A stretch of DNA of 64,000 bases from a virus (IMGVR_UViG_3300020429_000539:396263-460262), one strand, 5' to 3'. Shown: positions 28,906 to 39,722, counted from the first letter of the stretch. Notes: a model not told the origin generated them from the letters alone. A program made the numbers and translations.

Positions 28906-29672
28906 TTAGTGTAGTAGTTCCTTTATATAACTATGCCCACTATATAGAAGCCAACATTAGGAGCGTTCTTTCTCAGACGCATACCGATTGGGAGTTGGTC
29001 ATCGTGGATGATGCGAGCAAAGATGACCCTGCTCGTGTAGTTATGCCATACGTTAGCAATCATGAGAATATCTATTTCTATCAGTTGCAAAAGAATAAAG
29101 GCTATTCTCACGCGAAGAACTATGCGATAGAGCGAGCAAGGGGCGATTACATTACGACTATTGATGCTGATGATCTCTTAACTCCTGATTCCCTTAAAAA
29201 CCGCTTAGCTGCACTGGAAGCCAATCCTCATGCCGACTGGGTTCATGGCCGTGCGATGGTCTTCTCAGATAACCCAAAGAATGCTAAACCTGAAAAGATG
29301 CTCTACAAGAGATGGCGAGATGTATCGGCGAAGGGCCAACGAGACATGATGTATAAGGCTATTCATGCTCAGACAGTTATGGTCCGCCGAAGGTTCTATG
29401 AAAACTTTGGGTTGTATGATGAAAAAATGCGGTTCTCTGCTGACCGAGAGATGTGGTTGAGGGCCATAAATCAAAATAGTATACCAGTTTATGCCGATGG
29501 TTATATATGCTTTTATAGGACACACAAGAAGCAAATGCATCGCTCAAAGTACAAGGCGGAGAACTTGGCAAAGATACAAAAATACGCCAAGAAGATATCA
29601 GCTATTAGAGCGAATGGAATCAACGAATCAAATACTAGGATGCTGAAGCATGAGGATAATCGACCCAAATGA
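28902..29672 (+). CDS. GT2 glycosyltransferase
   Basis: ISVVVPLYN, ELVIVDDASKD, ARGDYITTIDADD, YDE.MRFSADREMWLR. Confidence 0.93.
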   Translation: MISVVVPLYNYAHYIEANIRSVLSQTHTDWELVIVDDASKDDPARVVMPYVSNHENIYFYQLQKNKGYSHAKNYAIERARGDYITTIDADDLLTPDSLKNRLAALEANPHADWVHGRAMVFSDNPKNAKPEKMLYKRWRDVSAKGQRDMMYKAIHAQTVMVRRRFYENFGLYDEKMRFSADREMWLRAINQNSIPVYADGYICFYRTHKKQMHRSKYKAENLAKIQKYAKKISAIRANGINESNTRMLKHEDNRPK

Positions 29673-30360
29673 GTTTCGTTCATGTAAAAGTAGCGATACC
29701 ATCTACATCCTAGGTTCTGGTTCTTCAATCAATGCCATCTCTCCGAGTCAGTGGGACGCTATTGGGTCTGCTGACTCGATTGCTTTTAACTGGTTCTGTA
29801 AACACGATTCTTTCGAGCCTCGCTTCTACATTGTTCGAGAGCAGGCTAACATACCCAAGCGGATATCAAGAGATGAAACGCCTGAGATACTTTTCAAGCG
29901 GCTTAACCGTTACAGCGAATGTTGCTTTATTGTTCATGATGTCTCAAATCATTCGCCTCATGCCTACCCCTATAATGCAAATCTAGACAGAATTGAAGGC
30001 AAGGGGGTCGTCGTCCATGACAGACAGAAAGGTTCTTTTGAAGATGATATCTTTAAGCAAGGAGTGTATCATGGAGCAATAACGCTTAACAACGTACTGC
30101 ATATTGTTCAGTATCTTGGATATAAGAAGGTCGTGTTTGCGGGTATAGATTTGAACAACTCAAAATACTTCTGGCTAGATGATTCTCCTCGTCATACTAT
30201 TGTGAAGAAGGGAATAAAGGTCTTGGACCGGCATCCTGTAAGCAAGAAGACAATAGAGGCTGTACGAAAGTTTGATGAGCGCAATCCGTCGATAAAGGTG
30301 GTAAGCGCAAGCAAGAGTTCTTTACTGAATAAAGTGATTCCCTATGAGCAAATACGTTGA
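29650..30360 (+). CDS. Maf/DUF115/sialyltransferase-like putative transferase 4
   Basis: IYILGSGSSI, IAFNWF, YLGYKKVVFAGIDL. Confidence 0.65.
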   Translation: MRIIDPNEFRSCKSSDTIYILGSGSSINAISPSQWDAIGSADSIAFNWFCKHDSFEPRFYIVREQANIPKRISRDETPEILFKRLNRYSECCFIVHDVSNHSPHAYPYNANLDRIEGKGVVVHDRQKGSFEDDIFKQGVYHGAITLNNVLHIVQYLGYKKVVFAGIDLNNSKYFWLDDSPRHTIVKKGIKVLDRHPVSKKTIEAVRKFDERNPSIKVVSASKSSLLNKVIPYEQIR

Positions 30361-30976
30361 GTTTGAAGCATTTATCATAACAAACGGACGCAAAACCTTT
30401 GACACGGCATTGCAATGTTTGCATAACCAAAGTTTGCCGCTCAAAGTTACGCAACTTGAGAACATGGTGTGGCATGAAGCGCTTAATCTCATCAATAAGC
30501 AGGTAGAGTCGCCTTTTTATTTTCGTGTAGATGATGATTTCTTCTTGCATCCTCGTGCCGTGGAGTATATGGCAAAGCAGATGGCTCGTTGCAATCATAG
30601 CAAGACAGCAGCCTATATCTGTCATCTTTATGAACCTGCCGAGCGGATGCCGGTGCGAGGCATTAAGCTTTACAACACTAAGATTGCTAGAGAGGTTGGC
30701 TTTCGACCTAATGAGCTTGGTAAGATTGATAAAAACTTTCGCAAAGACATAACTCGTAGGGGTTATAAGTTTGCCATGGATAAGAGTGTTGTAGGTATCC
30801 ATGCTAACTCTGACCTCGAAGACGAAAAGAAGTATCGAGACCTCTGGAAGAGTATCGCACCAAAGCATAACCGTAAACTTGTAGTGGGTGACGAACCTAT
30901 TTCAGAGCAGTACGAAATGCTGAAGACTATGCTACCAAAACTGAATAAAAGAACAGGATTTAGGAAGTACGTATGA
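30344..30976 (+). CDS. Putative GT-A fold glycosyltransferase
   Basis: EALN...FYFRVDDDFFLHP DxD motif. Confidence 0.65.
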   Translation: MSKYVEFEAFIITNGRKTFDTALQCLHNQSLPLKVTQLENMVWHEALNLINKQVESPFYFRVDDDFFLHPRAVEYMAKQMARCNHSKTAAYICHLYEPAERMPVRGIKLYNTKIAREVGFRPNELGKIDKNFRKDITRRGYKFAMDKSVVGIHANSDLEDEKKYRDLWKSIAPKHNRKLVVGDEPISEQYEMLKTMLPKLNKRTGFRKYV

Positions 30977-31884
30977 GAGTATGGATTGATAACAAGAGGG
31001 GCAAGCTGCGAGGCGCAAGTATTTTCATGACGCAGCTTGAAAAGGGGCTAACTGACCTTGGTTGTACGATTACGAATCGCAGACCCAATATCGCTCTTTG
31101 CCCTGTTTATGGAAAAAACCCTCATCAGTGTAAGACCGTATATCGCATTGACGGCATGTATTACGATACCGAACGCGATAAAATGAACAAGGGTATCAAG
31201 AAGAACATTCAGTTTGGTGATGGAATTGTGTTCCAAAGTAACTTCTCGAAAGAGATGTGTACTCGCATGCTCAAGTGTCAGGCAAGGCAGAGTGCGGTCA
31301 TAGCAAACGGTATGGACCAATCGGTATTTGCGGGCATGAAGAAGGACTATAGCGGCGAGTTGGTGTTTGTCTCGGCGGCTCATTGGCGACCGAATAAGCG
31401 ACCAGGCACTATTGCTCATGCTTTTCTGGAATCAGGACTGGATAATGCTCGCCTCGTGTTTATTGGCGATGTTGAGCCTCGCAAGCAAGTCAAGCATGCC
31501 AAAATACAGTATGCAGGAACAAAGAATCGTAAGGACATCATTGAGCTTTACAAGCAGGCTCATTATATGATTCATATATGCCACATAGATTCCTGCCCTA
31601 ACTCGGTCGTTGAAGGACTGAGTGCTGGCTTGCCTGTCGTTTGCAATAACATCGGTGGCACGCCAGAACTAGTGGGTTCGAGCGGTATTATCGCGAATAT
31701 CGAGCCCAAGTTTGACTTCCGATTTTTGCGAAATATGAAGCAGATACCAAAAGTCAATAGGGCCGAACTCGCAAAACAGATACGCGAACTTACGAATATC
31801 AAAGAACCTGTTCGTCGTCCTGACCTTGATATCTCTCATACAGCGAAACAATACAAGGCTTTCTTTGAAAGGGTTCTTGCGTGA
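30973..31884 (+). CDS. GT4 glycosyltransferase
   Basis: VFQSNFSK, VIANG, DSCPNSVVEGLSAGLPVV, GGTPELV. Confidence 0.88.
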   Translation: MRVWIDNKRGKLRGASIFMTQLEKGLTDLGCTITNRRPNIALCPVYGKNPHQCKTVYRIDGMYYDTERDKMNKGIKKNIQFGDGIVFQSNFSKEMCTRMLKCQARQSAVIANGMDQSVFAGMKKDYSGELVFVSAAHWRPNKRPGTIAHAFLESGLDNARLVFIGDVEPRKQVKHAKIQYAGTKNRKDIIELYKQAHYMIHICHIDSCPNSVVEGLSAGLPVVCNNIGGTPELVGSSGIIANIEPKFDFRFLRNMKQIPKVNRAELAKQIRELTNIKEPVRRPDLDISHTAKQYKAFFERVLA

Positions 31885-32738
31885 AGGTTTTAGCGGTCAT
31901 TGATAAAAAGCACAGAGTTCAGCATGCTCGCATCAATGTACTGCAAAATATGACGGGTATTGATTTCTTGTTGCAGACAGTCAAAGGCGACCGCAAACAG
32001 GCTCAGAAAATGGCCGACAATGCTGATGCCGTGTATTATGCCAGCGCTGGTCTTTACTGGACCTTCCCTCTTAAGCACAAGCGTCTTTTGGGCTCGGTGA
32101 CGAGCCATAAGGATGTTCCAAAACTACAAAATCTTCACAAGATATCTGTCAACAACAAGTTCTTGCTTGAGCGATATCAGTCTTTGCATTCAGATGTCAG
32201 TTATATACCCAATGGTGTTGATACTAAGTTCTTTTCGTGCGAAGACAAGCAGCTATCAAGTCCTATTGTGATTGGTTGGTGCGGTAACATGGACCGTGCT
32301 GTCAAGAACTTTGATGTTGTCAAGAAATTGATGGCGAGCAAGATTGACGGCATCCGATTCGAGATCGCGGGCACGCTAAAGCGCCACACGGCCAAAGAGT
32401 TGCTAACCAGGGAACAAATGGTCAAGTTCTATGGCAAACTTCACTATTTTCTGGTCACTAGCACGGCTGAGGGGACTCCAAACCCGGCGCTCGAAGCGGC
32501 GTCATGTGGTGTCCCTTTGATCGCAACGAGAGTAGGGAATATGCCAGATATCGTGTCTGAGGGTACGGGCTTCTTCGTTGAAAGTAATGAAAACAGCATA
32601 GGTAAAATGCTCAAGCAGTTGAAGAGTATAGATGCTAGCCGATATTCGGAGATGCGTCAAAATATTCGAGGTCTTATGCGAGAGAACTGGGATTGGTCTC
32701 ATCGCCAAGACTCTTGGCAGTCTTTTTTCTCGTCATGA
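31881..32738 (+). CDS. GT4 glycosyltransferase
   Basis: IPNGVD, IGWCG, S..EGTPNPALEAASCGVP.IATRVG. Confidence 0.88.
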   Translation: MKVLAVIDKKHRVQHARINVLQNMTGIDFLLQTVKGDRKQAQKMADNADAVYYASAGLYWTFPLKHKRLLGSVTSHKDVPKLQNLHKISVNNKFLLERYQSLHSDVSYIPNGVDTKFFSCEDKQLSSPIVIGWCGNMDRAVKNFDVVKKLMASKIDGIRFEIAGTLKRHTAKELLTREQMVKFYGKLHYFLVTSTAEGTPNPALEAASCGVPLIATRVGNMPDIVSEGTGFFVESNENSIGKMLKQLKSIDASRYSEMRQNIRGLMRENWDWSHRQDSWQSFFSS

Positions 32739-33556
32739 AAGATGTATATGTAACATGCTGTTTTGCAGAAGGCAAAGATAAGAAATCTCAAGAGGCAAAC
32801 TATTGGTTGCTAACGAGAACTTGTATTGCTTCGTTATTGCATACCGGCTTTTCAGCAGAAAAAGTTATCTGTGTGTGCGAGAACAAAGAGCATGCTCGCC
32901 AGTTGAATAGACAGTTCGGCATACAAGGCATCCACGGTCCTCCTATTCCTGACAAATATGCAGATAGTATATCTATCTCAAGAGGACGAAAGCTCTTCTT
33001 CTATAAGCCTATCAGCTATTATCGTGTTGTCAAAAATATGCTTCCTACAAAGAACGCAAACATCTGCATGACCGATGTAGATGCAATCTTTGTTCGCAAT
33101 CCAGATGAATCGTTTGATAAGCATGGCGTATGGGCTCAAAGGAAATGGACCTATCTCAGGCCAAGTCGTGTCAGGACAATGCAGCAGCGGCACAAAATCC
33201 CCAAGCTTGACCATAGGCCATCTTTAGAAGGATACTTTGGGAGCAAGGTTCAAGCTGACCTGTTTCTTAGGTATAAGATGTCCCAACTGCCTCAGGCTCG
33301 TATCGTATCTGATTATGTATTATTTCCTGCTGAGCAATACGCTCAGATTATTGATACTTGGATGGATATGAGCAATTACATACTCACCAAGAAGAAGTCA
33401 ATATGTAAGGGAGACCAGGAAATATTATCATCGGCTCTTGATTACAACGGTATTACGTTCAGAACCGAGCCAGATTTTCGATACACTAAACAGTATGGTT
33501 GTGTGGGGAGTAAGAAGGCCATGCATAAGCATGCAAAAAACTATGGGCTGAAATGA
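32735..33556 (+). CDS. Putative GT-A nucleotide-diphospho-sugar transferase
   Basis: FFYKP, MTDVDAIFVRNP (DxD), GDQEILS. Confidence 0.65.
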   Translation: MKDVYVTCCFAEGKDKKSQEANYWLLTRTCIASLLHTGFSAEKVICVCENKEHARQLNRQFGIQGIHGPPIPDKYADSISISRGRKLFFYKPISYYRVVKNMLPTKNANICMTDVDAIFVRNPDESFDKHGVWAQRKWTYLRPSRVRTMQQRHKIPKLDHRPSLEGYFGSKVQADLFLRYKMSQLPQARIVSDYVLFPAEQYAQIIDTWMDMSNYILTKKKSICKGDQEILSSALDYNGITFRTEPDFRYTKQYGCVGSKKAMHKHAKNYGLK

Positions 33557-34206
33557 TGTATTCAACGTGTGATTTCTCAAAACTCGACTCTATCGGCGTC
33601 ATATGTAGAGGAGCCTCAATATCGAAGATATCGAAGGTCTCTGACCGTTTTGAGGCATGTTTTTTGGTGGGACAGTTCGAGAATGGTCTTCTTAAGATTG
33701 GCAATTATCTATGCAATAAGCATATCGTGCAGGTCATCAATAAATGTGCAATCCAGACTGACCGCAAGGTTTGCGAGCAATACCGCATCCGTGATATACA
33801 GTGCAATTTCGGAAGTTACTTCGGCGAAGAACTCAGCGAAGGAAAAACCGCGCTTTTCAAAAAGATTAGAAAGAAGAACCCCTGGGCAGAAGTCCATCTT
33901 GTGCCTGAAGGGTTGACTGCTCGTCGTCCGATGGATAAATGGGAGACGACTGGTATTTATGCTGTAGATTTGGCGTGTTTCTTTCAGCCCAAAGAGATTC
34001 ATGTCATTGGTCTAGATTTCTATGAGAGCGATTATTTTGCGAAAGAGAAGCTTCATGCTGGCATCAAAGCAAATCGAGCAAGAGGTCGGGCTATGAGGGA
34101 GCAGTTCATGAAGCTTGTCGATAGGGACAGGAACATTCACTTCAATGTTGTCACGCATTCTCGCCACCTAAAGTCAGGAGAAAATCTAAGTGTCAGAGTT
34201 ATTTGA
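33553..34206 (+). CDS. Sialyltransferase (GT29)/Maf-like putative transferase 5
   Basis: IGVICRGASI, TTGIYAV, EIHVIGLDFY (sialylmotif-S-like). Confidence 0.6.
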   Translation: MMYSTCDFSKLDSIGVICRGASISKISKVSDRFEACFLVGQFENGLLKIGNYLCNKHIVQVINKCAIQTDRKVCEQYRIRDIQCNFGSYFGEELSEGKTALFKKIRKKNPWAEVHLVPEGLTARRPMDKWETTGIYAVDLACFFQPKEIHVIGLDFYESDYFAKEKLHAGIKANRARGRAMREQFMKLVDRDRNIHFNVVTHSRHLKSGENLSVRVI

Positions 34207-34846
34207 TTTGAGAACAGAATATCCGGTGGCGTTTGATTCGCCTGACCATCTTGAACCTTTGGGGACGAAGAACGACAACTCTAAGAACCCAAAGTTTGTG
34301 CAGCAGTGTGAGAAGCTACTTCGGCAGCGAGGGAAGGACAAGGGTCTCATCCTTGACATCGGTTGTGCGGGTGGAGGTTGTATCGAGGATTTCTGTGCGG
34401 CTCACCATGATGCTTGGGGTATTGAAGGCTCCGATTACTCAAAGAGGCTTAGGAGAGCCGCTTGGGGTAGTATCCCTGACCGTCTTCATACCTGCGACGC
34501 ATCCCGCCCCTTTGAGATATTGCGCAACGGCGAGACTTTGTTGTTTGATATCATCTATTCGTTTGAGGTTATGGAACATATACCGCCTGACAGGCTTTAT
34601 ATCTACTTCGAGAATATACACAAGCATCTTGCAGATGACGGTGTATTCATCGGCTCATTTACCTGCACAAAGAGCAATAAACATCCTGACCATCATCAGA
34701 GCGTTATGTCTAAGCGACAGTGGCACGAGTTTATCAATGGCTTGGGACTGTTCAATATTATTGACTTGAAATGGAAAAGCGGCCACTATCTTCGTCATAG
34801 CGCTCTCAAGAAGAACTGTATCCCCGTTGCTATGGAGAAGAAATGA
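34190..34846 (+). CDS. Class I SAM methyltransferase
   Basis: ILDIGCAGG, GIEGS, FDIIYSFEVMEHI, HL..DGVF. Confidence 0.85.
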   Translation: MSELFDLRTEYPVAFDSPDHLEPLGTKNDNSKNPKFVQQCEKLLRQRGKDKGLILDIGCAGGGCIEDFCAAHHDAWGIEGSDYSKRLRRAAWGSIPDRLHTCDASRPFEILRNGETLLFDIIYSFEVMEHIPPDRLYIYFENIHKHLADDGVFIGSFTCTKSNKHPDHHQSVMSKRQWHEFINGLGLFNIIDLKWKSGHYLRHSALKKNCIPVAMEKK

Positions 34847-35604
34847 GCTACGCAGAAAAGCTACAAAACTGCTTCAAAGACAAGCGGGTTGTTCTTATGG
34901 CGAACTCTCCATCGATGGAGTACTGGGTCGAGAGGCGAGATATCTTCAAAGACAAGGACTATAAGTTTGCCTGTAATAACTGGTGGATGCCAATTGAGAA
35001 TGATCTTCTCAAGCCCGTAGGCCAATCATTTGACCTCATCGTTCTGGGCGAACATCGCGCATATCATGAAGCAAACTTAGAGTTCGTGAAAAGACCTGGT
35101 TCTTTATTATTTGTTACTAGTCCAAGTCCAGAGTTGGCTAAGAAACAGTCTAAGTATCGCCCTATGGTAAATAGGCTAAATAGATATTATAAAGGTACTA
35201 ATGCTATGTTCACAGAGCTAGAACTTGTCAAGAGATTTACCAAGTTTCAGCCAAACAGGCCTTTGATGTACCCAAATCTTGATACGATACAAGTTCTAAC
35301 AATCATGGCAACGCTGGGTCGAGCAAAGGATATCTTCATTCTTGGCGCAGATGGCGGCGTCACACCTGAGTTTGCTAAGTATTCAAAAGGCAAATGTCAT
35401 TATAAGTGCGAATGCAGCGCCAAGCGTAACTATGTAAAGAGCGTCAAGTGTTATGATGGGCTGACCAAGAGTATTATACAAGATGCAAAAAAGGCATTTC
35501 GTATTCCATCTATACCAACTTATATAGTTGGTTCTCAGAGCAACTACAACTTCTGTGATAAGATGGATAAAGACCACGCAGAAAAAGTGCTTAGAGATGG
35601 ATAA
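34843..35604 (+). CDS. Maf/DUF115-like putative transferase 6 (divergent)
   Basis: FKDKRVVLMANSPS, FACNN, DIFILGADG. Confidence 0.55.
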   Translation: MSYAEKLQNCFKDKRVVLMANSPSMEYWVERRDIFKDKDYKFACNNWWMPIENDLLKPVGQSFDLIVLGEHRAYHEANLEFVKRPGSLLFVTSPSPELAKKQSKYRPMVNRLNRYYKGTNAMFTELELVKRFTKFQPNRPLMYPNLDTIQVLTIMATLGRAKDIFILGADGGVTPEFAKYSKGKCHYKCECSAKRNYVKSVKCYDGLTKSIIQDAKKAFRIPSIPTYIVGSQSNYNFCDKMDKDHAEKVLRDG

Positions 35605-36292
35605 TATGGATTTTACTACTATTGTGGATTTTGATGGTCGCAAGTTTACGATGCATCTGGTCAATGACACAGATGGCAAGCGAGCTAGACCTATTGATTC
35701 TATAAGCAAGACTATTTGGAAAACAAAAGCCTTCTATTCGCAGAATGAACTTCGGCGATCTTTGGACCTTGGCTGGGTCCACAAGGACTCGGTTGTTCTT
35801 GACTGCGGAGCCAATATTGGAAACCACTCTGTTTTCTGGGGCGCTCACTGTAAAGAAGTTCATGCGTTTGAACCCTTTCCCGAAGCATTCAAGATATTGA
35901 AGCAGAATGTTAGGGACAATAATGTTCCTGTTATATGTTACAACAAACTGCTCAGGCATAGCTCTGGTAAGTGCAGCTTGCAAAAGGCTGCGGGCTACTA
36001 TGGGTCGAATCGTTTTGTAAATGACCCCCAGGGTAAATACGAGGCAGTAACGCTTGATGAGGTGCTTGACGAAAGTATCAAGCCAACATTCATGAAGATA
36101 GATGTAGAAGGCGATGAGTACCGGCTACTGAAAGGGGCGGAACGTATAATAAGAGACCATCATCCCATTATTTTTGTAGAAGTTCATTGCTCGATACAGA
36201 ACAATCTTGATGACTTGATTCTAAGCTATCTGACCGAGTTTGGCTATGAGCTTGACAAAGACCTTATTATGAAAGTGAAAAATAAGTCATGA
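35597..36292 (+). CDS. FkbM-family methyltransferase
   Basis: LDCGANIGNHS, HAFEP, KIDVEG.E..LLKGA. Confidence 0.9.
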   Translation: MDNMDFTTIVDFDGRKFTMHLVNDTDGKRARPIDSISKTIWKTKAFYSQNELRRSLDLGWVHKDSVVLDCGANIGNHSVFWGAHCKEVHAFEPFPEAFKILKQNVRDNNVPVICYNKLLRHSSGKCSLQKAAGYYGSNRFVNDPQGKYEAVTLDEVLDESIKPTFMKIDVEGDEYRLLKGAERIIRDHHPIIFVEVHCSIQNNLDDLILSYLTEFGYELDKDLIMKVKNKS

Positions 36293-37341
36293 AGCGTCGA
36301 GCTATGGTAGAACCTGAAATTCGTGACCATTGTCCAGAATCGTACAATGCCTTGATTGACGTTTGTCATGGCAATGGTATCAAGGTTGATCTTTTGCGTG
36401 TCCGTAAAGTTATCAAAAAGAAGCGCATACAATATAAGAAGTATCCTGTCTATGATCTGGATAAGCTTCGTCAAGTTGAGTTTGCTGCTGTGTTTAGTCC
36501 ATACGCAACGAGTCATAAGATTCGACAGCAATGTAAAGACTATCATAAGCCGCTACTTCATATGGAACATGGCTTTTTGCCTTCTTCATTGCTCTGTGAC
36601 ATTACAGGTTTTTGGGGAGACTCGTATCTCGTCAATACTATCAGTCAAGAGTTGGATAAACTGGATCACGCTAAGGCGATTGCTTGGGCTGATGAGTATT
36701 CAAGCTACCTGATAGAAAACAATATCAGCAAACGAAGTCAACCAGAATCAGTTGTCAATATTGAGGGAGACTTCGTATTTTTGCCTATGCAGTATATGCA
36801 AGACCAGAGCATTTTGAGGTTTACCAAGACAAAGTATGTCGATTTTGTCAATGAGGTTGCTCAGTTTTGTGCAGACCGTTCGATAACTCTCGCCATCAAA
36901 AAGCACCCACATGCTTACAAAAAAGAACCTAAAGAAGTAGATGCTTTGTTCAAGGCTATGAGAAGGCGATATGGCGATATCTTTCAGCCGGTAGACGGCT
37001 CGGTGCATCAATTGTGTAGAGATTGCTTATTCATGTCTGGCATGAATACTGGTTCGATTGTTGATGGCTGTATTAACGGGTCAGTTATATCCCATTGCGG
37101 TCAGTCTTTGTTTATGAATAGTGGTGCGGTTTGTCATGATGACAACGTGGGCAAGGGCCTATCCAAGGCTCTTGACGTAGCAAGAGATGAAGAAGCAAGG
37201 ACGCAAATGAACCGGAGACAAAAGCTACTGCTGTATTTCCTCTACAATAGGTATTTGCTTCTAGAAAACGACACTCACAAGAGCGAACTAAGTAATGAAG
37301 AGAAAATTGCTTTTCAGCTTAGTAAGAAAGGACTCGTATGA
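36289..37341 (+). CDS. KpsS/KpsC-like (capsule polysaccharide synthesis, PF05159-type) putative ulosonate transferase
   Basis: HMEHGFLP, FVFLPMQ...DQSI, IKKHP, NTGS. Confidence 0.7.
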   Translation: MKRRAMVEPEIRDHCPESYNALIDVCHGNGIKVDLLRVRKVIKKKRIQYKKYPVYDLDKLRQVEFAAVFSPYATSHKIRQQCKDYHKPLLHMEHGFLPSSLLCDITGFWGDSYLVNTISQELDKLDHAKAIAWADEYSSYLIENNISKRSQPESVVNIEGDFVFLPMQYMQDQSILRFTKTKYVDFVNEVAQFCADRSITLAIKKHPHAYKKEPKEVDALFKAMRRRYGDIFQPVDGSVHQLCRDCLFMSGMNTGSIVDGCINGSVISHCGQSLFMNSGAVCHDDNVGKGLSKALDVARDEEARTQMNRRQKLLLYFLYNRYLLLENDTHKSELSNEEKIAFQLSKKGLV

Positions 37342-38198
37342 TGTTTACTTTTGCAATGATATCTTGCAACCGCAAGCATTACATCAAGAACTCAATAGAC
37401 AGCGTTCTGAAGTTTGTTGATGTTGACCGTATAAAGATGATTGTCGTTGATAACGGTTCAGTTGAAGAGGGCTTAGACGAGTATCTAAACTCTTTACCTG
37501 ATTTTATAGAAGTAAAGAAGTTTGAAGACCGTTGCCCAAATGAGCTTCATCGTGCCATGAACTATGGCATAGAGTTTGCCAGGAAAAACGGTAGCAAGTA
37601 TATCAATTTTATACAAGATGATTACCAGTATATCCGTAGAGATAAGGATATGCTTAATAACGTTCATGTTGCGTTTGAAAAATGTAAAGACGTAGTTCAG
37701 CTTCAAACTAACATGATTTGGAAGAAGAAGTTCCATAAAATAGGCGGCGTCGATGTTATCAAAGTTGGGAAGCACAAGTGGTTCAAGCTACTCGACAAAT
37801 CGCCATGCGACAATGGTTTTACTCGTGTTGACCTTTACGACCGTATCGGCCTCTATCCGGTTGGCGTAAGTATACATGGCAAGGAAAAGGGTTATGTGAG
37901 TGGCGAAGCCTGGTTTGCAAAGAAAACCAGAGGAACATATCGAATGTTATCTGCTTTTCCAAATATGTCTATGATCAAGAACTGTGCCTATGTTAGAGGC
38001 GATAAGCGTCATGGAGATTATTTTCCGCCACCTAAAGAATTGTATCTTACTCCCTCAAGCGAGGAAGACGAAATGTGCATAGAAGCCCGTGGCAATGGCA
38101 ATAGCTTTTGTTTTATTGAAGATATGACAAAGACATGGGGCTGGGAGCCAAAGACATCTGATAAACACAGTCAGTCAGATAAGGTAGAAAAAGTCTAA
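37338..38198 (+). CDS. GT2-like glycosyltransferase
   Basis: SCNRK.Y, IVVDNGS, AMNYG, FIQDD. Confidence 0.78.
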   Translation: MMFTFAMISCNRKHYIKNSIDSVLKFVDVDRIKMIVVDNGSVEEGLDEYLNSLPDFIEVKKFEDRCPNELHRAMNYGIEFARKNGSKYINFIQDDYQYIRRDKDMLNNVHVAFEKCKDVVQLQTNMIWKKKFHKIGGVDVIKVGKHKWFKLLDKSPCDNGFTRVDLYDRIGLYPVGVSIHGKEKGYVSGEAWFAKKTRGTYRMLSAFPNMSMIKNCAYVRGDKRHGDYFPPPKELYLTPSSEEDEMCIEARGNGNSFCFIEDMTKTWGWEPKTSDKHSQSDKVEKV

Positions 38199-38740
38199 TG
38201 TCATCAAAGATGGAACGAGATGGATTCAAACTCATAAAGACCAACAAAGTTGGTCCGCATGTATTATTGTGCCAATATGTTCCCCGCGTCTTTAGGCCCG
38301 AGCATTGGGAAGGAGCCGACCACCCTTATCTTAGAAACTCGCCTCATGTTCGTTTTGTTAAACAGATGTTGACCGATGATGGGCGCAAGCTTATGGATAG
38401 CGATTATGCAAACTGGCAGCGATATCTCTACGAGATTGGCTTTAGCACGGGAGAGTCAGCAGAACACGTTGCTCAACGTAAAGTAGATAAGTTCTCCAAG
38501 CTAGTTCGTATGATACAAAAAAATGGCTATGACCACACGAAGATTATCAATCTTCTTGATCGGCCAATGATGGAAACGCGATATGGACAACCAGTCAAGG
38601 CTAAAGGTCTTGAGATATACAACGGCCATCACCGCGCAGCCTATGCCTATGCGGTAGGAATCAGCAAACTCAAATGTAATATACATCAAGATATGAAACC
38701 AGGAAGCAAGGAATCGCGACTTGACTTCCGTTTAACATAA
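38198..38740 (+). CDS. ParB/Srx-fold-like protein
   Basis: L.RMIQKNGY...I....IYNGHHRAA matches the ParB/Srx G.HR motif. Confidence 0.65.
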   Translation: MSSKMERDGFKLIKTNKVGPHVLLCQYVPRVFRPEHWEGADHPYLRNSPHVRFVKQMLTDDGRKLMDSDYANWQRYLYEIGFSTGESAEHVAQRKVDKFSKLVRMIQKNGYDHTKIINLLDRPMMETRYGQPVKAKGLEIYNGHHRAAYAYAVGISKLKCNIHQDMKPGSKESRLDFRLT

Positions 38741-38754
38741 ACTACGGAGTCGTC

Positions 38755-39720
38755 ATGGATATTTGTAAACTGCTTGTGGGAGGCAACTACTTCTTGGCTG
38801 ATCAGGTCAAGTTTTTCGATAACCCTATATTCCATCAGGCATCGGATAGGCTTGATGTTGAGGTAATCGACTGGACTGATGTTATCAAGAAGAAACCTCA
38901 CAAGGTTGATGCTCCATGCGCTATGGTATTTGGGCTTAAAACATGGACCAGATTGGCGCGCAAAAAACACGGTATGGGGTGGTCTGAAATTATTCCTCGT
39001 ATTCATCGCTATCTCAAGCACGCTGTAGGCGACAAACCGATTGGTGTGTTCGATGATCTTTCGACCAAAGAGGTCAGGCACCACGGCGAGAGAATGCAGC
39101 GAATGTTCTTTGATAACTTCGACTGTCGCTTCTATCTCCTCAGAGAAGGCATGAAGAAGCAGCAATACGATAAGAGGGTAAAACCGTTCACAATGCCGTG
39201 TAAGGACTTTACTTATTTGGCAAAGCCAATCAAAGATAAGCAGTTAGACATTTTCTTTCGTGGCAATGAGTCTGACCCTGAACGGGTCAAATTCTTCAAG
39301 CAATATCAGAAAACCAAACATGACATGAGAGCCGATGTTATCGTTTACCGTGGCGGCGACCGTGCCAAGGAGCGATTATCTCATGAACAGTTTATGGCGA
39401 AGATGGCCGACTCTGTATTCAATTTTCATTTCAAAGGGACTGGCTATTGTTGCTATCGCTATCAAGAGATTGCATCTTCAGGCTCGATAATCGTTAGCCC
39501 CAGCTATCCTCATCTTGTTTCTCATGATTATGTTGACATGGAAAGCTGCATCATATACAGGTCATTTGACGATATGATGAGTAAGATGCGTCAGTTGCTC
39601 AAGCGGCCAGAACGGTTGCAAGAAATGCAAGACCGCTCTATTGAAAACTTTAGAAAGTATCACACGACCGAAAAGAGATTTGAAGAGCTTCTTGAGTCGA
39701 TTGAACTTCTTGGGAGATAA
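38755..39720 (+). CDS. Putative GT-B glycosyltransferase (exostosin/CgeB-like C-terminus)
   Basis: DIFFRG...R, F..KMA.S.F....G.G..CYR.QEI...GS. Confidence 0.7.
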   Translation: MDICKLLVGGNYFLADQVKFFDNPIFHQASDRLDVEVIDWTDVIKKKPHKVDAPCAMVFGLKTWTRLARKKHGMGWSEIIPRIHRYLKHAVGDKPIGVFDDLSTKEVRHHGERMQRMFFDNFDCRFYLLREGMKKQQYDKRVKPFTMPCKDFTYLAKPIKDKQLDIFFRGNESDPERVKFFKQYQKTKHDMRADVIVYRGGDRAKERLSHEQFMAKMADSVFNFHFKGTGYCCYRYQEIASSGSIIVSPSYPHLVSHDYVDMESCIIYRSFDDMMSKMRQLLKRPERLQEMQDRSIENFRKYHTTEKRFEELLESIELLGR

Positions 39721-39722
39721 GC

